DNA of 64,000 bases from Yuukianura sp. NJ FZ-2021 (lineage: Eukaryota). A program made the position numbers and the translations under genes. The notes under the pieces were generated by a model. The model was not told the DNA's origin. It saw nothing but the letters and a program-made list of their open reading frames with translations, and made no database searches. Positions within the stretch are counted from its first letter, which is position 1. Each line of letters starts with the position of its first letter. Below, piece by piece: positions 43,367 through 53,239 of this stretch. The stretch spans positions 620,001-684,000 of the forward strand of contig JAJCTO010000010.1 in the NCBI GenBank assembly GCA_046563655.1. Direction: 5' to 3'.

Positions 43367-44365
43367 AACGAATGCGTCTAATATCGGAATCAGAGTACAA
43401 GAACAAGTATGAAGAACCAAACAAAAGTTCCATAGAGTCACCAAAGATTGTGGGGGGTGAAGATGAAGATTTGGAACACAAGAAGCAAACAATTTTATCA
43501 GTTGACGATGTACCAGATGATATCAAAGCTCTTTTATACTATGATTTTTCTCGCCGCCTACTCCAAAAAAAAAAAATTTTGTCAAATCGTCCAGTTTTAG
43601 TCAAGTCTATTTCTGAAACTAGTTCAAATTTGACATCAACCTCAAACACCAGTAGCAACAACAACAACAACAACAATCAATCCAACTTGGTACAAAAAAT
43701 TGAGTATGTTACAGAACCATACATCTTAAAACAAGTACCAGGAAAGAATGCCAAAAAGTTTGTAAACTTTATGAAATTGAGTAACATCAGTTGGAATTCA
43801 GACTTGGAAATTTTGATTGATAATAAGCGAATTCCTTCTTCAAATATCATCAATGTCCTCTCTCAATTTATCAATTAAAAAGAAAAATTTGACCGAAAGG
43901 CAAAAACAAAATCTCCTATTTAATATACCAGTTGGATGGAATGAAGTTTATGAACATTTACAAAAATTTGAAGAAATCCAAACACCACCACAAACTGTTC
44001 GTAGAATTCTTGAAAAAGTACCAACAGGAGAAGTTGGTAGTAGAAGAGAAAATTTAACTACTACAACAGTTGCCAGTGAACCAACAACCCCCCTTTCATC
44101 CCTTTTTAAAGGAGATTCTGAAGGAAATATTGAGGAGGAAGGGGATGATGATGATGATGTGGAAAGTAATACATTTGGTACACCACCAACCTTGTCTCCA
44201 CAACAACATCAAAAATCATCTCCACTCAAATCTCTACCAATCAAAGACAGACTTCGAAAACGAGGAAACTTTACTACTACTACTACTACAAATGACAGTA
44301 CAAAAAGTAAAAAAAAAATTGTCAAAAAACAACTTGCCAAAAGTTGGGAAGCATATAAAAATTAA
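43363..44365 (+). pseudogene. Maverick conserved protein (PZ-like), frameshift near 43870
   Basis: MRLI, IL..DDIKALLY, ISWN..I..SNI, GW, terminal W; copy 1 is open across this frameshift. Confidence 0.65.
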
Positions 44366-44514
44366 AAAAAAATTCTTTTTTTTCGTGTGTGTATTTGAAA
44401 AAAAAAAATCCTTGCCTCCATGCTTGCAGGGATGCGCGCGCGCGCGGTCCCTGCTTTATCATGGTGGGTTTTAAACCCAACAATGCTACGCTGGGTGTTA
44501 CTCCCTGCTGACCA

Positions 44515-44680
44515 CGTGGGTTTTAACCCTGCGTGCAACTTGGGTTTAAGCCCTGCGTGCAACTTGGGTTAAAGCCCTGCGTGCAACTTGTATTTAAGCC
44601 CTGCGTGCAACTTGGGTTTAAGCCCTGCGTACAACTTGGGTTTAAGCCCTGCGTGCAACCCGGGGTTTTTAACCCCTGTG
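44515..44680. repeat. 24-bp tandem repeat, ~6-7 copies
   Basis: Unit CCCTGCGTGCAACTTGGGTTTAAG. Confidence 0.93.
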
Positions 44681-44783
44681 CCCCCTCTACTTTTTTTTTT
44701 CTTAAGTAGTAAGTAAACGTTGTATTTATATCTTAGTGTGATTTTGAATTTCGTCAAATAAACACGTGAATCTCAAAAAGAAA

Positions 44784-45584
44784 ATGGCGCATCAACAGCG
44801 TGACACCTCATTTTTTGTAACATTACAATCAAACGCATGTATGGATTTATTTCCAGATAATAAAATTTCAAATTTCAAGAACCGTCTTTCCACAACAATC
44901 TCACTGCCAGCTGGGCAATGGGAAGTTGCGCTCACAGAAATTTCATACACATTTGGAAATGCAATAATACATTCTGGTGACGTATTATTTTCAACTTTCA
45001 AAAAAAGTGAAGATGAGTCAGTATCAAGCCTACAAACATATGTTTGTAGCAGAAACATTACAAGTGAACAGGAACTGTTACAAGAACTTTCATCTGCTCT
45101 AACCGGAGCAACTTTTGAAATTAGGGACCACATCTTCTATTATCAATTCCCTTTGCTACATGAAGGAATTATAGTTTCCCAAAAATTGGTTGATATACTT
45201 GGACTACCTAAAGCAAATCTTTCTGTAACAAGTAGTGCTAAAGCTACAGAAAAACTTTTTTTAAAACAACCTTTTCAACTCAAAGGTCAAGGAACAATGC
45301 CAGTGTTTTTCAATACTGGAAATACAAAAATGTTTGTATACTGTAACCTAATTAAACCACAATTTGTTGGAGATGTACTTGTACAGTGTCTGAGAGTTGT
45401 CAATTATGATGGACACATACGACGCCAAGTTGTAAATGAATTTACACATCCATATTTTTTGGACCTTGCCGTAAGTGAGTTTGACACTGTCAAGATCTAC
45501 TTATCAAATGAAGTTGGAGAAAATCTGGCATTACAATTTGGAAACGTGACGGCGACACTTCGCTTCCGTCAGCGAAAATATTAA
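44784..45584 (+). CDS. Minor capsid protein (penton, PX)
   Basis: FFVTLQSN...FPDN..SNF, WEVALTEISY, MFVYCNLI.PQFVGD..LR, L.FR C-terminus. Confidence 0.88.
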   Translation: MAHQQRDTSFFVTLQSNACMDLFPDNKISNFKNRLSTTISLPAGQWEVALTEISYTFGNAIIHSGDVLFSTFKKSEDESVSSLQTYVCSRNITSEQELLQELSSALTGATFEIRDHIFYYQFPLLHEGIIVSQKLVDILGLPKANLSVTSSAKATEKLFLKQPFQLKGQGTMPVFFNTGNTKMFVYCNLIKPQFVGDVLVQCLRVVNYDGHIRRQVVNEFTHPYFLDLAVSEFDTVKIYLSNEVGENLALQFGNVTATLRFRQRKY

Positions 45585-45597
45585 AACCAAAAACAAA

Positions 45598-46047
45598 ATG
45601 AGAGCCCTAGTCCCATACAATTGTGCCAGAGATAGTGCTCAAAATTTCTTCAAATTTTCAACCCATCCCTCCTCTCTTCATCAAGTTGGCTATGGATCCC
45701 CCATATTTTTTTCTGGAGTACGAAGACAAAGAGGAGCAGGGTTAGGAGCCGTACTAGGTACATTTGCAAGAAGGCTAGTACCATTTTTAAAAAAATATAT
45801 CGCTCCACATGCATTGAATGCAGCCCGCTCAGTTGCATCCGACCTAATTGAACGTAAACGACCAATCTCTGAATCACTTCGTTCCCACGGTATAGACGCT
45901 CTTAAAGGAGTAGGACGGGACTTGCTGAGTCAGACAGGATCTGGACGGCGAGCCGTAAAGAAGCGTAAAAAACGAAAGAAAGGGAAGAAGAAGAAGAAAA
46001 TTGTCAAAAAGAAAATAAAACCCTCCAAACCAAGATACCTATTTTGA
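45598..46047 (+). CDS. Basic core / membrane-active protein (PM-like)
   Basis: QVGYG..F.G..QRGAGLG..L..FARRLVPFLK amphipathic helix; poly-Lys tail. Confidence 0.72.
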   Translation: MRALVPYNCARDSAQNFFKFSTHPSSLHQVGYGSPIFFSGVRRQRGAGLGAVLGTFARRLVPFLKKYIAPHALNAARSVASDLIERKRPISESLRSHGIDALKGVGRDLLSQTGSGRRAVKKRKKRKKGKKKKKIVKKKIKPSKPRYLF

Positions 46048-46065
46048 ACAACAACAACAACAAAA

Positions 46066-47412
46066 ATGCCGAAAGTTAGGTCTTCTAAAGTTTCTCCTAG
46101 CACAGCTTCTTCTTCTTTGCCTTACACATTTGTTAGATCAGAAACACAACTCTTTGAAGAACCAATCTTTGATGTTAGTCTCGCATCAACCTCAGCTACG
46201 GAATTCCATTCAATCAACTCACTTTCAGACAATCAAGCCCCTCTGGAATTTTTTGTACAAGGAAATCAAACTGAACTAATCGACTTGTCTGAAACGAAAC
46301 TTTATTTAAAAGTTAAAATTGTAAAGTCCAACGGCACGGATTTGGATGACAACAGCATTGTTGCTCCAGCCAACAATTTCCTTCACTCGCTATTTCTACA
46401 GTGTTCCATATATCTCAATGAAGTTTTAATTACTCCTGCAAGTTTACAGTATGCCTACAGAGCATACTTGGAAACTTTACTCGGATATGGAAAAGAATAC
46501 AAACGCTCTCAAAGTCAATGCTCCCTTTTCTACAAGGACAAAGATCCTAAATGTACAGATGAAACAAAAGAAGATGGATTTAAACAAAGATACACATTTG
46601 CAGTCAAAAGCAAAATAATTGAAATGGTTGGACGTCCGTTTACCGACCTTTGTGTCCAAAACAAATTTCTCGTTCCTTCAATCGACTTACGCATTTCATT
46701 TTTAAGATCCACACCAGAGTTTTGTCTCGTTGCCAAAACAGCTGGTAACTACCAAGTTCAAATTCAAGATGCTCGCCTCATTGTACAACGCCATCAACTT
46801 CTTCCCTCATTACTAACTTCAATTCTCCAAACTTGGGAGCATGGAAGGCCAGCAACATATCCAATGAAACGAGTTGAAATTAAAACATATACTCTATCCC
46901 CTGGCACAGTTACCAACGTCAACGAAAATCTCATTTCTGGTGTCATTTGTGATCGACTACTAATTGGACTTTTACCTTCAGAAAACTACATTGGATCTAT
47001 AACCACAAATCCATTTGCATTTGAACACTTTGATTTGAGCTACATAAATGTTAGCATTAATGGTGACTCTGGAACTTCACTTGGGACACATGTAGACTTT
47101 ACGCAAGATCAATATGTTCAACTCTACCACAATCTATTTTGTAGTCTCGGAATTGCCAACGATGACGTTGGACTAGATTTGAACCGTGAAGAATTCAAAT
47201 CTCATCCGCTTATGCTATATAATCTCAGACATTCAAAAGAAGGTTTTCCTACTCCCAAATACGGCAACGTCAAGATTGATCTAAAATTTAAAACTGCACT
47301 CAAAAGCTCTGTCACCGTCCTTGTCTACGCCGAATTTCAATCCGTCCTACATATTGATTCCTCAAAATCAGTATACTTTAGAGACTACAGTCTTGCCAGC
47401 CTTCAACAATGA
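46066..47412 (+). CDS. Major capsid protein (double jelly-roll, PY)
   Basis: PLEFFV.G, IDLSETKLYLKVKI, PANNFLHSLF, YAYRAYLETLL, NPFAFEHFD. Confidence 0.92.
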   Translation: MPKVRSSKVSPSTASSSLPYTFVRSETQLFEEPIFDVSLASTSATEFHSINSLSDNQAPLEFFVQGNQTELIDLSETKLYLKVKIVKSNGTDLDDNSIVAPANNFLHSLFLQCSIYLNEVLITPASLQYAYRAYLETLLGYGKEYKRSQSQCSLFYKDKDPKCTDETKEDGFKQRYTFAVKSKIIEMVGRPFTDLCVQNKFLVPSIDLRISFLRSTPEFCLVAKTAGNYQVQIQDARLIVQRHQLLPSLLTSILQTWEHGRPATYPMKRVEIKTYTLSPGTVTNVNENLISGVICDRLLIGLLPSENYIGSITTNPFAFEHFDLSYINVSINGDSGTSLGTHVDFTQDQYVQLYHNLFCSLGIANDDVGLDLNREEFKSHPLMLYNLRHSKEGFPTPKYGNVKIDLKFKTALKSSVTVLVYAEFQSVLHIDSSKSVYFRDYSLASLQQ

Positions 47413-47933
47413 ATACACAACAAATTTACTCTTATCTGGCGAAAATTGTTGGCAAACATCCTTCCACTTTTGATGTAATTCCAATTGATCATTTAAATAC
47501 CATGGAAATTTTCACCTACCCTCTTCTACTTGTCGTCAACAGTGCTCCTTCTCACCATCCAGGACAACATTGGCTAGCCCTGTTTAGAGAAAATTCAAAA
47601 TCTCCACTAACATTTGTAGATTCTTATGGACTTGGTGTAGAAATGTATGATATAGCTCTGCAAAATTTTGCCAAACGTTTAAACACAACCATAATCGAAA
47701 ATACAAAACAACTTCAAAGTATAAATTCTACAGTTTGTGGTGAGTATGCAATTTACTTTCTGTTTAAACTTTTGCATTCCTGCTGTTTAATGTCAATCTA
47801 CTGTAACTTTACTTCAAACACTATTACAAATGATAGGCTAGTAAATCGGTTTGTCAGAAAACTGCTACGTCAAATAGTAAAAACTATCCCCTACTATGGC
47901 CCAACTCAATGTTGTACCCCACATACTAAATAA
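47409..47933 (+). CDS. Adenain-like cysteine maturation protease
   Basis: VVN..PGQHWLA, FVDSYG, LQS..STVCGEY catalytic motifs. Confidence 0.93.
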   Translation: MNTQQIYSYLAKIVGKHPSTFDVIPIDHLNTMEIFTYPLLLVVNSAPSHHPGQHWLALFRENSKSPLTFVDSYGLGVEMYDIALQNFAKRLNTTIIENTKQLQSINSTVCGEYAIYFLFKLLHSCCLMSIYCNFTSNTITNDRLVNRFVRKLLRQIVKTIPYYGPTQCCTPHTK

Positions 47934-48031
47934 GAACAACAAGTAAACGCTCTTTTTTTCTTAATGCTGCACAACACTCACAATGGAGCTTTTATTTTTC
48001 AAAAAAACATTATTCCTCAAAAATAACATTT

Positions 48032-48415
48032 CTAATCGTGAGGCATATCCTCAATTTCCTCCTTGGCAGAAGCGACGTCTCTCAAGCAGCTTTGGAGTGT
48101 GTCCGTAGCTTTGTCCAAGTCACACCCGACGGCACGGCAATAAATGTTCGTAAGTTTCCGCATGACATATGGAATGTTCCGTCCCTCAAAGTTTACCACC
48201 TTTCCCTTGCGTTTAAAGTACACCCAAGTGTATGGTCGTCCTTGAAAAACCGAGTCCCGATGAAAAACCTCCAACTTTTTGTCATCGTCCACATAATTCA
48301 ACACCTCACGCTCCACGCCGTCATCTACGACTGCTTCATCTCCTTATACACACACAAAAAATCACTTTTCCCCAAATTTGCTATTGTAATAAAAAGAATT
48401 ACCTCTCTTGTCCAT
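48032..48415 (-). CDS. Small hypothetical protein, 2 exons (48415-48403, 48342-48032)
   Basis: 60-bp GT-AG intron joins MDKR-G to the 94-aa ORF in frame; TATAAA at 48496-48491 and TCAGT Inr upstream. Confidence 0.6.
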
Positions 48416-48598
48416 TGTTAAAAGTAAGAGACTCCTTCTCCAAATGCTTCTCAAAAACTGAATGATTTGACATGCAACAAGTGCCATGATTTTATACCCC
48501 ACACAAAACGTACAGACAACGACTTTTTATTCAAATCGAACAGATAAGACAGCAAAACGTTTACAATTCAGAAATAGGCATGAATCATATAGTGACGA

Positions 48599-50484
48599 TT
48601 ACCAATTTCCATAGTCAGCAGCAATCGTTTCCAACTCCTTCACCAGCAAGTCCTTGGCTTCCATGTTCTCACCAAACTTAAATGTGAACGACTTTCCCGC
48701 CAAAATATGCCCTCCCCGGGTGCTTGCTGAACTCCCTCTTCCGTTTTCCATCACAACAAGAACCCCCAAAGCATCAGCTGCAGCCAAAATCCTGTTCCAG
48801 CATTCCTTGTCCTGCGAAAAGCTGAACCTTGTTTGCTGACAGACACCGGACAAAGAAATTTCTTGTAGGGCTGGAAGTCTCGGAACTAGTTCCAAGAACA
48901 CAACATGGTCAACCCCGCAAGAAAAATCAATGTGACCTCCAAGGCGGTCCAAATGTAGTTTTCTCAAATTTGGTAGAGATGCAATCGATCTTACAAGTTC
49001 CCCACGTAACACATTTGCGCCGACCAGAGAAAGTTTGTAAATGGACTTCGGATAATTCTGCTGACACACAGTTTTGTGGAACCCTTGAAATCTTCCGTGT
49101 CCAAAGAAGAATGGGCTGTGGCTGTGGGGAATAAACTCCAGACGCAATTCCGTCAAATTATTCAGTTCCTCCAACCCCTCAATCCTATATGGCGACCTCG
49201 CGTCCATCACCACGTTACTAACATCAAACTTGCGTAGGCTTTCTTTGCTATTATTGATTATTACAGCTAGCCGTTGCATTGAAACTCCGTCTAGTTCCAC
49301 CTTCAAGCATTCAAAAGCATTTGGCAAGTCCACCAACTTCCACCAAATACTAAAAAACGAGGACGGGAAAGCGTAGTGCGGAAGACAACTGATCTCCAAA
49401 ACCCGCAACTTTGGCAGCACCACGTTTGCCACATGGCCGATCTCTCCAAACTCCATATTGCTCCCCGTACATGTTAGGTTCAAAACTTCCAACTTCTCAT
49501 GATGCCTTTGGATGAATTCGAAGAAGCTGTGAACTGTGGCCGGCTTGAATTTGTGACACAACTGGAACTCGGAAAGTTGTGCTAGTACAAAGTCGGGTTT
49601 TGAGCACAAAATTTCAAACAACCCGGGCTGTTGGTGCCTTCCGGCATTTCCGTTGGACAAGCAGGAGTCAATCTTGAGTATTTTCAAGTTCTGGAAGTGG
49701 CTCACCATTTGAGACGGCGTGAATTGGGCACAATTGATCTTTCCAATTGCACCAACGTGAAAAAAGTTCATCGCAGGAACAAAGTAATACGTCCGAATTG
49801 CGTTCCGCAGACCGCCCATTGAGCAAGCGCCAGAAAATGTTACCTCCTGGACCAGGCTGCGAAACTTGATTGCAGGCAGCGCTGCGTCACGGTAGTTTTT
49901 CAGAACAAGATGCCTCACTTTCGACTCCTTCACATGCGGCGGGAGCCACTTGTTATAGCACACCAGCTTCCACAATCCCAACCTAAACCAAAAAAAAATC
50001 CTTCAAAAAAAAGCTCAGAATCGCAACAGGAAGCGCCTTGGGATATGTGACGAACCTGTCAACGCGTTTTCTCCACTCGCGAGACACAAGCCGCATTTTA
50101 CTCAGCTCATTATTATTCAAATACGACAGAACAAGGGCCAACATCTAGTTAACAAAAAAATTCATTCATTTTTTCGTATATATATATCCCTTCGCGGCTA
50201 AAGATTTTCCTGTTTGGGGAAACGTGAGAATCGCCCCCTTCCCCTCCTCGAAATTTCTCTAAAAAAAAAAACTGTCAACTCTTGCATTGCCCCGCATGAT
50301 GTAACCAGTCTCACCATGCCCCACTTGACGTTAATCCAAAAACACTCGAATTCTCACATAACCCCGCATGGTGGAGATTCTAAAACACCCAAATTCTCAC
50401 ATAACCCCGCGTGATGTCAATCCTACAAAACCCTACCCAACAGCTCACCTCATTCGGAAGGCTTCCCAACTTCGGGTCTTCCAT
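48599..50484 (-). CDS. F-box/LRR-like protein, 502 aa; exons 50484-50449, 50144-50056, 49982-48599
   Basis: Spliced N-terminus SLPNE|MLALVLSYLNNNELSKMRLVSREWRKRVD; repeated LxxLxL units (NLKILKI, KLEVLNL, KLRVLEI, NLTELRL, NLRKLHL, ALQEISL). Confidence 0.85.
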
Positions 50485-51001
50485 TGCCCCAAATGTGTTA
50501 TAATTTGTGCTTTTTTTGTTGGTTTTCTAACAAGCGTGAGGTACTGTTACAAATGACAAAACAACTCAATTATATACCCCAGCTCAAGGATAAAACAAAC
50601 GTTTCCTGAACGTCCAAAGTCTAACAAAATGACGTCACCTGATAACACAGTCTAACAAGATAGCAACGATAGAAGATGATGGGATGCGTCCAAACTTTGT
50701 CTTCTCACCAAAGTACCACCTAACCATCTACTACGACGTGAAAGTCCAAGGTCATGGGCCACCCATCAAAACTCCTGACGTGCTTATGCTAGACTTTCAC
50801 AGTTTGAATTTCGATGATATTCTTTTCACATTTCTTAAAAAACAAAGTTTTTTAAGAAATTTTCTTAATTCTCTAAGAAATTCATTTTTATAGTACAAAC
50901 AGCAAACCCACAAAAACCGAAAAGTACAACGAAAAAAAAAATTCAATTTTTTTGCAAACAAAACAAAAATGTTGTTTTTTTTTAAATAGTAATTCAAGTA
51001 T

Positions 51002-52370
51002 TTAAAACCCAACTCGGGTAAGGCGCAATCGCATGTTGCGAGTTTCGCACATTGGACCAGCAGACCCCCCCCGCTTTTTTGGAGGGCGCCCCCTTGGGCG
51101 TTTTGGCGGGACTGGCTCCTCCGCCACATCCACAACAGCCACTTCCCGCTTCACGGCAACGTTAGCAAGCTCTTGTTTGAGTCGATTCAACTCCTCCACA
51201 GCTTCCCGTTTTGCCGTTTCAGCCGCAGACGCAACTACTTCGGCCACTTGCTGGTTGTCCTGGGCAATTTTAGTACGCTCCCGAAGTTCGCGCACTTTCT
51301 CTTCAGACTCCTCAAGTTTCTTGTGAACAATGTCAAACCTTGCGGCATAAGACACTTGTTCCTCCTTGTGACGAATGTTCGCCATGTGCCACCGCGCCTC
51401 GGATTCAACGAGTTTTTGACTCAATTCCGCGCAGCGGGATTCGGAGGCTGCTCCCCGCTTGTTCGATTCGTCAATTAATCTTAAGTTGTTCGCCATGATT
51501 TTATCCCTAAACAAAAATTGAAATTACTAACTTCACAGAGAAACACAAACAAAAACTTGACAAAAAAAAATTGACAACATTGAAAGATTGTTAAACCAAA
51601 AAAAACACTTACCACGCCGTAGTACGACAGTTCAGCTCTGTTTCTTTCTTGTTCAGTTCCGCCTGCAAGTTCATAATTGTTTTCGTTTTTTGGCAACTGC
51701 CGAACTCCAACTCCGCAACTCTTTGACCCCTGAAAAAAAAACGAATTAAAAAATTTAATTTTCACACATAACTTAAAAAACTACAAAACGCTTACAATGC
51801 GTATTGCACAGGCAAAGCAGCGATCCTGGCCTGCAGATCAATCACCGTGCTTTCGATGATTTGAATGCGATCACTAAAGATTTTTAAAGAAAAACAAAAT
51901 TTTGTTTAACATTTTTTCAAATAAAACGTAAAAGAAAAATTACCTATCGGAAGTCACCACCAAACCGGACCAGGCCATGCCACATTCCTGCATGGACAGA
52001 AACAGCCTTCGCCCCTCCACTTTCTCCCCAGTGGTCTTGACCATGGCCTGACACACTGGACATGCCGTCCTGAATGAAAAAGCACAAAATTAGCACAAGG
52101 TTTAACTTAACATATAAAGTAATAAAAGTACTTACTCAACTGTGGCCGAATCTCCAAGGCATCCAGGATGGACAGAATTAGCCCAATTCAGCATGCAAAT
52201 CCTAAAAACGCAAAGTTTTTAAATCCTGACCAAACATGTTAATCCTAAGAATCTGATACAAATACTTACCAGTGCAACACGTGGTTGCACTCAGTTGAGA
52301 TGACGATGGCCTTCACGTCCATCGGCTCATGGTCCCCGAACTTGTCCAAACACACGGGACAAATAACCAT
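51002..52370 (-). CDS. RING-H2 / coiled-coil / AT-hook protein, 330 aa; exons 52370-52270, 52201-52136, 52069-51944, 51873-51796, 51729-51613, 51506-51002
   Basis: Five GT-AG introns (68, 66, 70, 66, 106 bp) give one open frame: MVICPVC..ECNHVLHWICMLNW..ACPVC, long heptad region, KRPRGRPPKK. Confidence 0.88.
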
Positions 52371-52833
52371 GGTTTTTTCTTTTTTTTTTTTTACGACAGA
52401 GATTGACAGCACAAACTCAACTTACTTTCAAATTAACTTTCAACTTACAACAAACCTCTTTATATCTTACGAACGAGGCGGACTTAAAAACCAAAGCATT
52501 TAGAGATTGTGCAACTAAACAAAATACTCCAGCGGGGTCGAAGGTTGGAATCCTAACGCTCCAAGCAATTGTCACAGTGTCACACGGACAGAAACTACAA
52601 ATTTCTGTCCACATCCCAAAAGCATGCCAAGGACGTCCAACACTCAAATTAACATCATGTTTTGTCATGTGAATGACTCAGTTTTCAGATATCTGATTTC
52701 AACAACAAAATGTCGTCAAGAACTGGCACAGCAAACTTACGATCTGACTTAACTTAAAAACTTAACGATCTTAACTTAACCTTCGTGAGTCACCCCCACA
52801 GACCAAAAACGCGCGAACGAATCCGGAACGTTT

Positions 52834-53018
52834 TTATTCCCGCCTTATTTCGCTGAGTCACGTTACGAAAGGTTAACGTATTCCGGAATAGGATACATAA
52901 ACCATACTCAATGACTCATGCCTGAAACCCTCAAACTTAAAAACAGAATGCAATTTACCTTGAGTCACCAAACGAAATTAAAACGTTTTACGTTCTTGGA
53001 CACACTAATCATGCTACT
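52834..53018 (-). repeat. Right TIR of the Maverick
   Basis: Ends ...CATGCTACT; inverted copy of both left TIRs. Confidence 0.95.
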
Positions 53019-53045
53019 GCTGCCAAGCGGTCTAGTTTGGTTGCT

Positions 53046-53238
53046 TAGAAAAGGTGTTGACAAGTGGTCTTGTGCACTTTGAGAGGTATTGCTCAAGTCT
53101 GTTTACATAAGGGGGTTGTCTGGTGTTCTTAGGTAAAGAAGGTGTTGGCAAGTGGTCTCTTAAGAAAAGGTGTTGACATGTGGTCTTGTGCACTTTTAGA
53201 CGTATTGACAAGTGCTCAAGTCTGTTTACATAGGGGGG
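53046..53238. repeat. Imperfect direct repeats
   Basis: AGAAAAGGTGTTGACA.GTGGTCTTGTGCACTTT..GCTCAAGTCTGTTTACATA occurs twice, plus a partial copy. Confidence 0.7.
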
Positions 53239-53239
53239 G

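Larger units (their letters stand above)
34853..53018 (+). mobile_element. Near-complete Maverick/Polinton (adintovirus-like), 18166 bp
   Basis: ~185-bp TIRs starting AGTAGCATGA; pPolB, ATPase, integrase, minor and major capsid, adenain protease; no TSD found. Confidence 0.97.

Noticed and set aside
44362..44757. LHAGLKPK-repeat ORFs on the minus strand
   Set aside because: By-product of the 24-bp array; interrupted and without promoter support.
50190..50258. Extra cassette exon in F-box intron 1
   Set aside because: Good acceptor but no GT donor; the upstream 36-bp exon already completes the F-box.
18600..53024. 6-bp target-site duplication for the Maverick
   Set aside because: Flanks CAGGTG, CCTGTT and GCTGCC do not match.
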